Assembly: GCA_963713975.1 (NCBI GenBank) | Contig: OY970218.1 | Location: forward strand, 1,177,683-1,241,682 | Origin: an uncultured Chloroflexia bacterium | Lineage (GTDB): Bacteria > Chloroflexota > Limnocylindria > Limnocylindrales > CSP1-4 | DNA length: 64,000 nucleotides | Reading direction: 5' to 3' | The notes under the pieces: model-generated | The model's input: only the letters and a program-made list of their open reading frames with translations | Told to the model about the DNA's origin: nothing | The model's database searches: none | Shown: positions 37,782 through 47,899 of the stretch, in pieces | Position numbering within the stretch: the first letter of the stretch is position 1 | Layout: each line of letters opens with the position of its first letter | Program-made: the position numbers and the translations under genes

Positions 37782-40700
37782 GTGACTACAGCCCGTAGGC
37801 TGTCTCTCATGAATGTCAGTCGGGGGACCATTCGCTCCTACCTCAAGGGGCTCCAAGACATCTCGCTCGTCTCCGGCGCGACGGAGCACACGTACCGCGA
37901 GCCGCTCGTGACCTTCCTCGTGGCGGCGAGCAAGGACCTCGGCCTCGGGCAGGTCGGCGTCCACGGCGAGTTGCGCCTCGCGTCCGTCGGCCAGCCCGAC
38001 CTCCAGGTCGTCAACGCGGCCGGCTCGCCGATCGGCTACGGCGAGACCAAGGTCCCGGGCTCCGCGACCGACTTCGCCAGGACCCTCGAGAGCGAGCAGG
38101 TCGAGCGGTACCGAGCCAGCATCCAGAACCTCCTCGTCACCGACTTCATCCACTTCTCGCTGTTCCGCGCCGACGTCGGCCGCCTCGACGTGACGCTGGT
38201 CGAGACACCCGCCAAGATGGCCGCCGGCTCGCACGCGGTCTCGGAGCCCGTGCTCCTACAGTTCAGCCAGATGCTGGCGGCGTTCTTCTCGGCGTCCGCC
38301 CCGAGCGCGACCTCGGCCGAGCAACTGGCGGACGGACTGGCCCGCCGGGCGACGCTGCTGCGCGACGCCATCCGGACGCTCATCGGCGCGTCCCTGCCCG
38401 AGGGCGAAGCGCTGCGGCGTCTCTGGGACTTCTACAAGCGCAGCCTGATGTCGGACATGGACGCGGACGACTTCGCGGACACGTACGCCCAGACGCTGAC
38501 CTACGCGCTGTTCCTCACCCGCCTCGAGAAGGGGCCGATCACCGATCTCGAGGCGGCCTGGAAGGCGATCCCGACGGACGTCCCGATCATGAAGTCGGCG
38601 ATCGAGCCGCTCCGTGCCGCGGGCAAGATCCCCGACCCGCTGGCTGTCTGGCTCGAGGACTCGCTGCACCTGCTGGCCGCTACGCCGGACTCGGTCATCG
38701 AGACGATCGGCCACCCGAGCGCCGGCAAGTCCGACCCGATCCTGTACTTCTACGAGCACTTCCTCGCGGCCTACGACAAGGTCGAGCGGATCAAGAAGGG
38801 CGTCTACTACACGCCCCGCCCGCTGGTCGACTACTTGGTCCGGGCGGTGGACGACACCCTCCGCGCCTCCTTTGGCAAGCCACTGGGCCTCGCCGACAAG
38901 GACGTGCGGCTCCTGGACCCGGCCCTCGGGACCGGCACGTTCCTCCTCGCCGGCGCCCAGAAGGCGGCAGACGAGACGGAAGCCGCTCTCGGCTCCGGCG
39001 CGGTCAAGGGGGTCCTCGAGGACCACGTCCTGCGCCACTTCTACGGGTTCGAGTTGCTGCCGGCGCCGTACACGATCTCGCACCTCAAACTCGCCCTCTT
39101 CGCCCGCGACCACAACGTCAAGTTCCTCGACAAGCGCGCCCAGGTCTTCCTGACCAACACGCTCGGCGACCCGGTCCAGCGCGCCGACGATGGCGGCCTG
39201 CTCGCGTTCTTCGTGCCGGGGCTCATCGAGGAGGCGGCGGCTGCCGAGCGGGTCAAGGCCGACCAGCCGATCCTCGTGGTCATCGGCAATCCGCCCTGGT
39301 CCGCGACGAGTCACAACAAGCAGCCCGAGATCGAGCGCCTCTTCGACGCCTGGAAGAACGTCGACGGTCGACCCGGGAGCCCGAAGATCAAGGACGCCCG
39401 GATCGCGCTCAACGACGACTACCTGAAGTTCCTGCGCTGGGCGGTCTGGAAGGTCGTGGAGCAGCCCGGCGGCGCACGCCACGGCATCGTCGCCTTCGTC
39501 ACGAACCACGGCTTCATCAACAACCGTGTCCACCGCGGCGTCCGCAAGGCGCTCCTCGATGCCTTTGACGACATCTACGTCCTCAACCTCCAGGGCAACC
39601 AGCGCCTGTGGGTCAAGGGCGTCGTCGACGAGAAGGTGTTCCCCGACGTGCAGCAGGGCGTCGCGATGACGGTCCTGGTACGGCGGGATGTCGAGAAGAC
39701 CGGCCTGGCGAAGGTGCGCTATCGCGACCGACGCGGAACACGCGCCGAGAAGTACGACACGGCGAATAGCGCAAGGCTCGACGATGACGGGTGGGTTCAC
39801 GTCCCGCAATCGGCCCCGTACTGGTCATTCGCCCCGGCGGACGCGCCGGTGGAGGGGGAGGAAGCCGGCTCCTACGACACTTGGCCGTCCGTCGTGGACA
39901 TCTTCCCTGTGTCGAGTTCGGGGATCCAGTCCTCACACGACGACCTGGTGTCCGACTTCAGCGCTGCCGCCGTCGGGAACAAGATCGCCGAGGTAGCCGA
40001 TCGGTCGATCTCCGACGACACGCTTCGCGAGCGCTACAAGATCAAGGAGAACGATCGCTGGCGGTGGGCCGTCCAGCGCAAGGCGTTCGCGGGGCTCGAC
40101 TCCGCGAAGGTGATTCCCTGGCTCTACCGCCTCTTCGACCGACGCTACGTGTACTGGGATCCGCTGTTCGTACAGTGGCCTCGAACGAAGGTGATGCGCC
40201 ACCTGCTCCCTCGCCCGATCGGTCTCGGCGGCGACAAGCGGCTGGCGCTCGTGGTGCAGCGCGCCCGTCCGATCACCACGATCGCGACCGTCGTCCGTGG
40301 CCCCGCGACGGCGCATGTCACGAGCGAGTGGTGCCACGTCTACCCGCTGAGGCTGTCTGACGCGACTGAGGAGGAAGTCCTCCTGCCCGCGCCCGACGAG
40401 TGGCGAGAGAACCTGAACGCCGACCTCTCCAAGCGCCTCGCTGCGGCATACGGCCGGCGCCCGTCGGTCGACGAGGTGGCCTGGTACGTCTTCGCGATCC
40501 TGTCTGCTCCGTCGTACCGTCGCCAATTCGCGGCTGCGCTGGCGATCGACCATCCTCGAATCCCGTTCGCGTCCGCCGAGGCGACCTTCAGGATCGGCGC
40601 ATCACTGGGCGAGAAACTTGGCCGCGTCCACCTCCTCGAGGCCGAGGTATCGCCCGACATTCGCTTCGTTGGCAGCGGCACGAACGTGATCGAGGGAGTC

Positions 40701-40973
40701 CGCTACGACCAAGAGTGCGAGCGAGTCTGGGTGAATGCCACCCAGGCCTTCACGGGCGTCCCGAACGAAGCCTGGATCTGGGGCGAGCACTTCCGACCTC
40801 TCGAGCACTTCCTTGATGACCGTCAGGGGCGACGGCTCGACACGGAGCAGATCGGCGCCTTCCAGTCGGCTATCCACGCTGTCCGCGAGTGCATCCGCCT
40901 TGGCCCGATCCTGGACGCGGCGCTGGACAGCGTTCTGTCAGAACCACTCGACGTCACCGAGCCCTTGGTTTAG
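37782..40973 (+). CDS. Type IIL/IIG restriction-modification enzyme (MmeI-like: N-terminal PD-ExK nuclease + gamma-class N6-adenine MTase + TRD), 1063 aa
   Basis: N-terminal QPDLQVV...GYGETKV (D-x12-ExK). MTase motifs YYTPRPLVDYLV, LDPALGTGTFLL (motif I) and VIGNPPW (motif IV). A long C-terminal target-recognition region follows. Confidence 0.75.
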   Translation: MTTARRLSLMNVSRGTIRSYLKGLQDISLVSGATEHTYREPLVTFLVAASKDLGLGQVGVHGELRLASVGQPDLQVVNAAGSPIGYGETKVPGSATDFARTLESEQVERYRASIQNLLVTDFIHFSLFRADVGRLDVTLVETPAKMAAGSHAVSEPVLLQFSQMLAAFFSASAPSATSAEQLADGLARRATLLRDAIRTLIGASLPEGEALRRLWDFYKRSLMSDMDADDFADTYAQTLTYALFLTRLEKGPITDLEAAWKAIPTDVPIMKSAIEPLRAAGKIPDPLAVWLEDSLHLLAATPDSVIETIGHPSAGKSDPILYFYEHFLAAYDKVERIKKGVYYTPRPLVDYLVRAVDDTLRASFGKPLGLADKDVRLLDPALGTGTFLLAGAQKAADETEAALGSGAVKGVLEDHVLRHFYGFELLPAPYTISHLKLALFARDHNVKFLDKRAQVFLTNTLGDPVQRADDGGLLAFFVPGLIEEAAAAERVKADQPILVVIGNPPWSATSHNKQPEIERLFDAWKNVDGRPGSPKIKDARIALNDDYLKFLRWAVWKVVEQPGGARHGIVAFVTNHGFINNRVHRGVRKALLDAFDDIYVLNLQGNQRLWVKGVVDEKVFPDVQQGVAMTVLVRRDVEKTGLAKVRYRDRRGTRAEKYDTANSARLDDDGWVHVPQSAPYWSFAPADAPVEGEEAGSYDTWPSVVDIFPVSSSGIQSSHDDLVSDFSAAAVGNKIAEVADRSISDDTLRERYKIKENDRWRWAVQRKAFAGLDSAKVIPWLYRLFDRRYVYWDPLFVQWPRTKVMRHLLPRPIGLGGDKRLALVVQRARPITTIATVVRGPATAHVTSEWCHVYPLRLSDATEEEVLLPAPDEWRENLNADLSKRLAAAYGRRPSVDEVAWYVFAILSAPSYRRQFAAALAIDHPRIPFASAEATFRIGASLGEKLGRVHLLEAEVSPDIRFVGSGTNVIEGVRYDQECERVWVNATQAFTGVPNEAWIWGEHFRPLEHFLDDRQGRRLDTEQIGAFQSAIHAVRECIRLGPILDAALDSVLSEPLDVTEPLV

Positions 40974-40975
40974 CC

Positions 40976-41676
40976 GTGTCGATTCGGCCGAAGCCGGAGG
41001 ACATAGAGGAGTTGGCACGGCTCATGGAGATCCGTGACAGCGCCCACCTGGCCGGCCACCGGCTGGACCCCTTCACGCTGTTCAACTTCAGCGGGACCGA
41101 AGCCCTGTTGGTGAGTCCCGGGCGGACCCAGGGGGACAGCGTCTCGAAGGTAGCGATGCGCAGACTCGAGGACCTCGACTTGTTCCGGGTGATCGACCGG
41201 TCGGAGAAGGGCTTCACGTTCGACCTCGTCGATGATGTCAGCGATCGCCTCGAGGAGATGCGCGTCGAGGTGGGGCTTCCCTCGCGCATGGGCGAACTCG
41301 AGGCGTCGGTCCTGCGGAGGCTGCGAGGAAGTCGGCCGAGGCGGCGACGGAGGCCCTTGAGGCCCGCGTCGGGGACGACCGGCGGGCGCGAGCGGAGCGC
41401 CGGACGGCATTCGCACACCGAGTAGGCCGCTGGGCTCGATGGCTGACGCGGATCGCGCTGGGCCTCCTGTACGTCGGCGTCGTCGTGGTCGCCGGCTACT
41501 TCGTGTCCTCGAACCTGCCGCTCGCGCTCGTCGTGGGCGTTGTCGGGGTTGCCGTCGTCCTGGCGGCGCTCGACTGGCTGCTGCACGTCGACGGCTTCGC
41601 GCTCGCCGCTGCGCTCGAGGCGCGGGTGGTCAAGCGCGTCACCGGGTGGCTCGAGTCCTTCGATCCGGGGTCGTGA
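40976..41676 (+). CDS. Hypothetical protein with C-terminal TM helices; probable frameshift near 41320
   Basis: GTG start 3 nt after the RM-enzyme stop. A soluble N-terminal part (…FDLVDDVSDRLEEMRVEVGLPSRMGELEASVLRRL) is followed, in a shifted frame, by AEAATEALEARVGDDRRARAERR...GLLYVGVVVVAGYFVSSNLPLALVVGVVGVAVVLAALDWLL...*. Confidence 0.35.
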
Positions 41677-41721
41677 TCCGCGGCGTCCTGAGGCCCGCAG
41701 ACAGCCTCGAGGGCAGGCCGG

Positions 41722-42807
41722 TTGCCTCAACGCCTCTCGCACGGCGACTATGTGCCAGTGAAGTACGTCGAGTGGGTCCAGGTCGTGGCCGATGCGTACG
41801 CCTCGGACCCTGGCGGCTCGCACGACCTCGTCGGCAGTGATCGCATCGCCAAGCGGCTCAACATCGCCGCCGACGACCGTGCTCGTGATGATGCCCTGAC
41901 CAATGCACTGGACGACCTCCGCGGGATCAGCGCGTTGGCGTTCACCGACTACGGGTGGATCGAGCCGACCGCAGCGACCTGGCAGACCCGAGAGGGCGTC
42001 CGCCTTCAGAGCGGATGGCCGACCCTGGTTCGCGCGCCGCTGAACACCGAACGAGAAGAGGTTCTGGCCGCGGCAGTGCGGCTGTCGGAGACGCGGCACG
42101 ATGACTGGGCGGACATGACGTGGACGACAGGACAAGAAGTCCGAGTTGAACTCGGGTGGTCCGAGGATGAGCACGACATCCACCTGATCGCGCACGACCT
42201 CGAGGCCGCCGGACTGATCGAACTGACCGCAATGGCTGGCGGAGACGCCTCTCTCCACATCCGTCCGACGTACGCGGGCGTCGTGCGGGCAACCGAGCGG
42301 ATCTCCACGGAGTGGGATATCCGTCTGCGCGAGATGGTCGCTGAGTGGGAAACGACGACCGTCGAGTTCAAGCGCACGGTCGAACTCGGAACGACGGCCA
42401 GAAACGCCGAGTTCGCCAAGGACATCGACTCCCTGGCGAACACGAAGTCGAGCGGATCAGCCCGGCACCTGATCGTCGGATACGACCCGAAGACGCACGA
42501 GTTCGCCTACCCAGTCGACCCCGCACAACTGCAGCAGGACCGTCTGGAGCAGATCCTGAACCCATACGCGACGCCGGCGCACGACATTCGGTCATTCACC
42601 CTCGAACACGAATCCGGCAAGGGCCTGGTCGGCATCATCGAGGTCAGGCGCGATCCAACCAAGTTGCCCCATCGGATCGCCAAGGCGGGAGGCAACGTGG
42701 TCGTCGGCACCATTCATGTCCGGCACGGCAGCCAGGTCGAACCGGCGACGCCGGTTGAGGAGTTGGCTCTCATCGCGGAGGGCAAGGCAGCCCGCGCCGA
42801 AGCCTAG
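41722..42807 (+). CDS. AlbA_2 (Schlafen-like putative DNA-binding) domain protein
   Basis: EWETTTVEFKRTVELGT...RHLIVGYDPKTHE matches the AlbA_2 / divergent-AAA N-terminal signature (E..EFK). 361 aa. Confidence 0.55.
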   Translation: MPQRLSHGDYVPVKYVEWVQVVADAYASDPGGSHDLVGSDRIAKRLNIAADDRARDDALTNALDDLRGISALAFTDYGWIEPTAATWQTREGVRLQSGWPTLVRAPLNTEREEVLAAAVRLSETRHDDWADMTWTTGQEVRVELGWSEDEHDIHLIAHDLEAAGLIELTAMAGGDASLHIRPTYAGVVRATERISTEWDIRLREMVAEWETTTVEFKRTVELGTTARNAEFAKDIDSLANTKSSGSARHLIVGYDPKTHEFAYPVDPAQLQQDRLEQILNPYATPAHDIRSFTLEHESGKGLVGIIEVRRDPTKLPHRIAKAGGNVVVGTIHVRHGSQVEPATPVEELALIAEGKAARAEA

Positions 42808-42977
42808 CCGAGCCAGCAGGCCCACCTGGACGTGCGCAGGCTGGATGCCCGACGAGATAAGCGCCAGCAAAGTGGCCGCCCCTAGGCTGGCGTCCGGCCG
42901 CGCTCCGGTTCAGGTAAGCGTCGGTCCGGCGGGGCTCAGAACCCGACCGGACGCCTGGTCCTGGCCGACGCGGCCGA

Positions 42978-43196
42978 CTACTCGTTTGCCGGGGCGCGCC
43001 ACTGGTGGAGGACGACCTCGCCGCAGTCGCGGCAGACCCAGGTGCTCCGGTACGACTTGGGCTGGCCGTCATTGAGGACCGGGATCGTGCGGTCCATCCG
43101 GACCCAGCGCTCGCCGTGGCGGTGCTCGAGGCGCGGGGTCTGCTCGCCCAGGACTCTGAACTGCGCCGCGTGGATCACCGAGGCCTCCGGAGACAT
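42978..43196 (-). CDS. Small Zn-ribbon-like hypothetical protein (72 aa)
   Basis: ...WVCRDCGEVVLHQW... The ORF sits between convergent genes. Confidence 0.3.
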   Translation of the reverse strand: MSPEASVIHAAQFRVLGEQTPRLEHRHGERWVRMDRTIPVLNDGQPKSYRSTWVCRDCGEVVLHQWRAPANE

Positions 43197-43244
43197 TGGC
43201 CTCGATGATACCGAACGGGTGTTCTATCGAGGTCTGCCGAACGG

Positions 43245-43499
43245 CTAGTCCGACAGGGCGATGTCGCCCCGGCGCAGGAAGCCGCGCTCGGCGGCATCGG
43301 TGAAGGTTGCGGCCCAGCCGGCCCGCGGCGCAGGAATGCCGAGGCGCGATGGGCTCTCGCGGTCCCAGGTGCGAGCGATCAGGATGATCTGCGCGACGCG
43401 ATCCGGGAACCGCTGCGGCAGCGCTCGCGACCGCGCGCGGGTTCGGCTCGCCTGAGCCTGCTCGGTGACCATCGGATTATCCATGGGTGGGTCACCCAC
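43245..43499 (-). CDS. Hypothetical small protein (84 aa)
   Basis: ORF only; weak. Confidence 0.2.
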   Translation of the reverse strand: MGDPPMDNPMVTEQAQASRTRARSRALPQRFPDRVAQIILIARTWDRESPSRLGIPAPRAGWAATFTDAAERGFLRRGDIALSD

Positions 43500-43579
43500 C
43501 TTCCGGCCGACGCCGTCCGGGCGATACCGACCAGAAGGCCTATGCCTCCGGCCGCCGGCCGCTCTGGATTCGCAAGACC

Positions 43580-44773
43580 CTACCGCTTCGTGGCGGCCCG
43601 GCGCACGAGGACCATCAGGTCACGCGCCATGGCCGGCCGCTGTTGGCTCAGGTCGTCGCGTGTCTGCGCTGGCGCTGAGAGGTGACTGACGATCCGGTCG
43701 CCACCGCTCATGTTCATGGTCATGGAGGTCGGGCTGGCTTCCTGCTCCGCGCGAGTCCGCCAGGCCGTGTAGGAGGCGCCGAGGAGGGCTGCAACGAGGA
43801 CCACGTGGCTCGCCCGCCGGCCGGCATCTATCCGCTCGAGGACTCGGTCCACGAAGGTCAGATCCGCCTCCAGGTCGTCCAGCACCTCCTCCTCGACGAT
43901 TCCGCGGAGGTACATGCCGCGTTCCGCAGTACGGATGACGGGGCGCGTGACGACGACGGTGCCCTCCTCGTCGATGGCGACCCAGCCACGGGATTGGCGG
44001 GCCACCAGGCTGTTGCCGCTGATGCCGGTGGTTGTTCCTTCACCCCGCTCGAGGACCGGTCGGTCGCCGTAGAGCGCCTCCCGCTCGAGCCAGGACGCGA
44101 GGGTCGGGTCCTCGAGTTCGGACGGCCGAAGGAGTGCGGAACGAGGCGTGGCCGTCCCGACCAACACGAGCGTGGCCTCGCCGACTGTGTTCCGGGCCTG
44201 CGGCACCAGAGCGAGCGCTCGCTCGAGCCCGTCCTTGGCCGCCTCCGCCGCGAGGGCCGGGGCGGCACCTGCGCGCGGTGGCGCGGATCGGGTGGGCGTG
44301 GCGAGCGGCTCGTCGACGGCATCCGGGACATCGACGTCGAAACCCCAGGCCTTGAGTTGTTCGAGCGCCGCCGCGAAGGCCGGTTCGGGATGTTCAGGGT
44401 CGAGGTGGCGGTACACCGGATTGGTGTTGCTGGCCAGGGTGACCCCGCTCTGCTTCAACACGCAGATGCGACTGCGCAGGCGCGGCATTGTGCGGGCACG
44501 AGCAATCTCGTCGGCGATGTTCGGTCGGGTGAACTTGCCGGCCTCCTGGTCGACGGTCGCGAACACGACCACCGCCTGCGATCGCTCGAGGTATGCGTTC
44601 ACGTTGTCTTCAGGGGAGTACGCATCGTCGATCAGGGGCAGATCAGACACGATGTAGCCCTGAACGCTGGGGCGAAGCAGATCCCGGAACGGTCGCGCCA
44701 AGGCAGCCTTCTGTCCCTCGGTGACGCTGAGGAATACCGCTGGTCGCGCCCGCACGCCCGCATCCGTTGTCAT
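43580..44773 (-). CDS. Hypothetical protein with an N-terminal TIR-like/flavodoxin-like fold (tentative)
   Basis: Alternating beta-strand blocks VFLSVTEG...VVVFATVDQE...ICVLKQSG are reminiscent of TIR/SLOG domains. Start taken at the ATG for MTTDAGVRARPAVF... Confidence 0.35.
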   Translation of the reverse strand: MTTDAGVRARPAVFLSVTEGQKAALARPFRDLLRPSVQGYIVSDLPLIDDAYSPEDNVNAYLERSQAVVVFATVDQEAGKFTRPNIADEIARARTMPRLRSRICVLKQSGVTLASNTNPVYRHLDPEHPEPAFAAALEQLKAWGFDVDVPDAVDEPLATPTRSAPPRAGAAPALAAEAAKDGLERALALVPQARNTVGEATLVLVGTATPRSALLRPSELEDPTLASWLEREALYGDRPVLERGEGTTTGISGNSLVARQSRGWVAIDEEGTVVVTRPVIRTAERGMYLRGIVEEEVLDDLEADLTFVDRVLERIDAGRRASHVVLVAALLGASYTAWRTRAEQEASPTSMTMNMSGGDRIVSHLSAPAQTRDDLSQQRPAMARDLMVLVRRAATKR

Positions 44774-44817
44774 GGCCACATCGTCGCATCCCGACGCCGA
44801 CGTACGCTTGCATCCAT

Positions 44818-45697
44818 GACGGATGCACTGCTCGACGCGATCAAGAAGGGGGTTGCCGACCCGGCCCAAGCGCCGGCGATCCACGACCTCATGCACCAGC
44901 AGGTCGCGGACGTGGTCAAGGTCATCGGGACGGACGAGCGGTTCGCGATCGGCATCGCTTTCTCAGACGAGGAACTGGCGCGCCGAACGGATGCCCTCGA
45001 GGAAGTCGCGGCTCCCATCGTCCGAGCGGCCGCGTGGGGTGGCTTCTACGGCGCTGCGAATACGCGCCCGTTGTGGCCCGGGCTCGTCGGACGGCTCGCC
45101 AACGGCGTCGACCGGACCCGGAAGAACCCCGCGCACGACGTCTGGCCATTGCTCGACCTGCACCCCGCGGTTCTCCTCTCGTACGCGGCAGGAGTCGGCG
45201 CGATGGCGGGCGGTCGTCCAGACCTACTCGGCGCTTTGCTCGCCGGCCGCACCGTGCTGGAGGGAAACGAACTTCGCGCCGTCGGCCTGCAGATCCACGC
45301 GACGACGCCCTTCCTCAACGACAGCATCGCCAACCGTCTGCCGGGACGAAGGACAACAACGCCGGCAAGCGATCGGGTCTACCAGGCGTTGGCGTCAGCC
45401 TTCGATGGTCTGGTCGTTGACGAGTCTGTGCTCGCCCATGCCTTCGACCGATACGAGTACGTCCTCAGCCTGATGCGGTTCGACGCGTCGAGAGGCGACG
45501 GCGACCGAGGCTGGGCACCCGCTGGCAGATTCGCTTGGCGACGCGAGGACGGCAGCCGCGTCATGGACGAGATGAAGGCAGAGATCGAGGCGAGGGGCAC
45601 GGAGTGGCCGCTCCTCCGCGAAGGGCTATTCAAGGGTTCGTCGGACCGACTGGCGACCGCCGTCGAGGGGCTCGGAAAGACACTCCAGCGCTGGTAG
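44818..45697 (+). CDS. Hypothetical protein (divergent from 43580-44773)
   Basis: ~290 aa counted from MTDALLDAIKKG... No motif recognised. Confidence 0.4.
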
Positions 45698-45703
45698 CCG
45701 CGC

Positions 45704-46615
45704 CTAGCTGTTGGACTCGAGTGCCTCCTCGAGAACTGGCCGCTGGAAGTCGTACCCAGCGGCCAGCGCCTTCGCCGGCCAGACACGTCGGCTCCCCAGT
45801 GCCAACGTGGCCTGATCCCGAAGCAGTAGCCGCACAATCCATGCAGGCGTGCGGAACTGAGCCGGACGATGCAACGCCGCCGCCAGCGCGCGTGCGTAGG
45901 CCACCTGAGGCCGCGGGTCTGGTGCTGACACGTTGAGGGGTCCGTTGATCGATCCCGACTCGATCGCAAGCAGGTAGAGACCCACCGCGTCGACGAGATC
46001 GACCCAACTCACCCACTGGCGTCCTGACCCGATCCGCCCGCCGACGAGCAGCCGGTAGGGCAGCGAGATGACGCGAAGGTAGGGCGCGTCGTGGGCGATA
46101 ACGGAACTTGTGCGGAGAAACACGACGCGTACGCCGAGAGCCTCCGCCTCGGCGGCCTCGGCCTCCCAGTCAAGGCAGAGCGTTGCGAGGAACGACCGGC
46201 CGGGTGGGGTGTCCTCACCCGCCGGTGTCTCGTCCCGGCCCTCGTACACATCGGTCCCGGACGCATTGAGAAGGACTCGGGGCCGCGCGTGGTCCGGCAA
46301 CCCAGCGAGGACTCCGACGATGGTCCGCGTGGCCGACAAACGACTGTCGCGCAAGACCTGCTTCCGCCGTGACGTCCATGGCCAACGCCCGATGGACGCT
46401 CCGGCGAGGTTGACGATCGCGTCCGCACGTGCGATCTCTGCCGTCCACGCGCCGCGGTTCGGTGGGTCCCAGACAACCGCACGGACTCCCGGCAACGGCG
46501 TCGCCGGTTCGGTCGTGCCGCGCGTGAGGATGACGACTTCGTGGCCGGCCGTGGAGAGAGCGCTGGAGAGGGCGCGGCCGATCAGGCCAGAGCCTCCGGC
46601 GATCACGACCTTCAT
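45704..46615 (-). CDS. TIGR01777/YfcH-like NAD-dependent epimerase family protein
   Basis: MKVVIAGGSGLIGRAL Rossmann motif. C-terminal DUF1731-like segment. Confidence 0.7.
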   Translation of the reverse strand: MKVVIAGGSGLIGRALSSALSTAGHEVVILTRGTTEPATPLPGVRAVVWDPPNRGAWTAEIARADAIVNLAGASIGRWPWTSRRKQVLRDSRLSATRTIVGVLAGLPDHARPRVLLNASGTDVYEGRDETPAGEDTPPGRSFLATLCLDWEAEAAEAEALGVRVVFLRTSSVIAHDAPYLRVISLPYRLLVGGRIGSGRQWVSWVDLVDAVGLYLLAIESGSINGPLNVSAPDPRPQVAYARALAAALHRPAQFRTPAWIVRLLLRDQATLALGSRRVWPAKALAAGYDFQRPVLEEALESNS

Positions 46616-46619
46616 CCAG

Positions 46620-47525
46620 TCAGGCTCGGAATGCCACGACGGCAAGCAGGACCGCCATCGAGTTGAGGGCGCCGTGGGTTCGCACCATCGTGTCGAGGTC
46701 AACGAACGACTGCCCGGTCAAGATCGCCAGTGACCAGGCGATGCCCATATGCACCCCGACGAGCAGTGCCATGCCGGCGGTGCGCGATAGCCAGTCCGCT
46801 CGCACTTCGATATGTCGGCTCAGGAGTGCGATCCCGACGCCGATCCCGGAGGACCCGACGATGAGGGCTCCGACTGCGTTGATCGGGTTGCTCGAGAGGA
46901 TGAAACCGAGCGCCGTGAGCGGGATCCCGATGATGAGCCCGAGCACCGACACGCGTAGCCACGGACGGGACGCGGCGAGAAGGCTGGCGACGGCGAGCAG
47001 TCCGAACCCGGCGAAGTGGAAGTGGGTCGCAGTCAGCAGGACGATCACCGGCGAGAAGCCAGTATCGACTCCCAGGCGGTCCATCAGGGCAAACGTGGCA
47101 CCCACGCTCCAGAACCCGAGAGCGACGTCGATCCCGAGGTCTGGGAGGTGGCGCGGGAGAAGGATCGACGGCACATGCACTAGGCCATGCCGGATCGCCG
47201 CCGCCGTGCCAATCAGTGCGAGACCCAACCATGGAAGCGCGAATGCTGCGGCCAGCGGCCCTGGGGTCAGTGAGAACGCGATCACGAGAGGCAACGCCGC
47301 GATGAGCGACCCCCATCGACCGATGCTGCCGATCCACGGTCGCGCCGGCAGCAGCGGGACCAGACGCGGCAGGACAACGAGCGGCGCAAGGAGCAGGATG
47401 CGGGCCGCCAGCGGAGCCGGTGCCAGCACGAGGGCCGCGAGCCAGGTTGCCAGCCCCAGCAGGAGCGGCAGCGAATTCTTGGGTGCCAGCGTCGGCGTCA
47501 CGGGATCCGCGTCTGGATGGAGCAT
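46620..47525 (-). CDS. Polytopic membrane protein
   Basis: 301 aa, ~8 TM helices. Confidence 0.55.
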   Translation of the reverse strand: MLHPDADPVTPTLAPKNSLPLLLGLATWLAALVLAPAPLAARILLLAPLVVLPRLVPLLPARPWIGSIGRWGSLIAALPLVIAFSLTPGPLAAAFALPWLGLALIGTAAAIRHGLVHVPSILLPRHLPDLGIDVALGFWSVGATFALMDRLGVDTGFSPVIVLLTATHFHFAGFGLLAVASLLAASRPWLRVSVLGLIIGIPLTALGFILSSNPINAVGALIVGSSGIGVGIALLSRHIEVRADWLSRTAGMALLVGVHMGIAWSLAILTGQSFVDLDTMVRTHGALNSMAVLLAVVAFRA

Positions 47526-47899
47526 GCGTCCTCACCCAGGAGACGACTGATCCGATGGCGATTGCCGGCAACCCGGGCATAGGTCCACTCCACGAACCGA
47601 GCCACGACTGGGTTGCGGGCAACGATTGCGATGGGTCGAAGCAGCGGAATCTCCTCCGCGATCCTGGTGCAAGCGGCGCCGGCCGAGGTCCAACGGCCTT
47701 CCGGATCCCGGACATGCATCGCGTCGAGAAGCAACTCGACAGGCGGCGCATCCGCGATCTGGCTGCCTGCCTGGAGCGGGAGGAGTCGCAGATGCCGCGC
47801 CCTGTCGAGGCGGCGCAGCAGCCTCGCGGAACGACTGCATATCCCGCAGTCAGCGTCGTACAGGACGAGGAGTCGTCGGTCGGCAGGCATCGTGGTCAC
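47498..47899 (-). CDS. DCC-family thiol-disulfide oxidoreductase (DUF393)
   Basis: LVLYDADCGICSRSARLL motif. Confidence 0.7.
   Translation of the reverse strand: MTTMPADRRLLVLYDADCGICSRSARLLRRLDRARHLRLLPLQAGSQIADAPPVELLLDAMHVRDPEGRWTSAGAACTRIAEEIPLLRPIAIVARNPVVARFVEWTYARVAGNRHRISRLLGEDACSIQTRIP

Noticed and set aside
37782-40973. BREX PglX assignment for the large MTase.
   Set aside because: An N-terminal D...ExK nuclease motif is present. No PglZ, BrxC or BrxL partners are in the window. Size and motif order fit MmeI-like Type IIL better.
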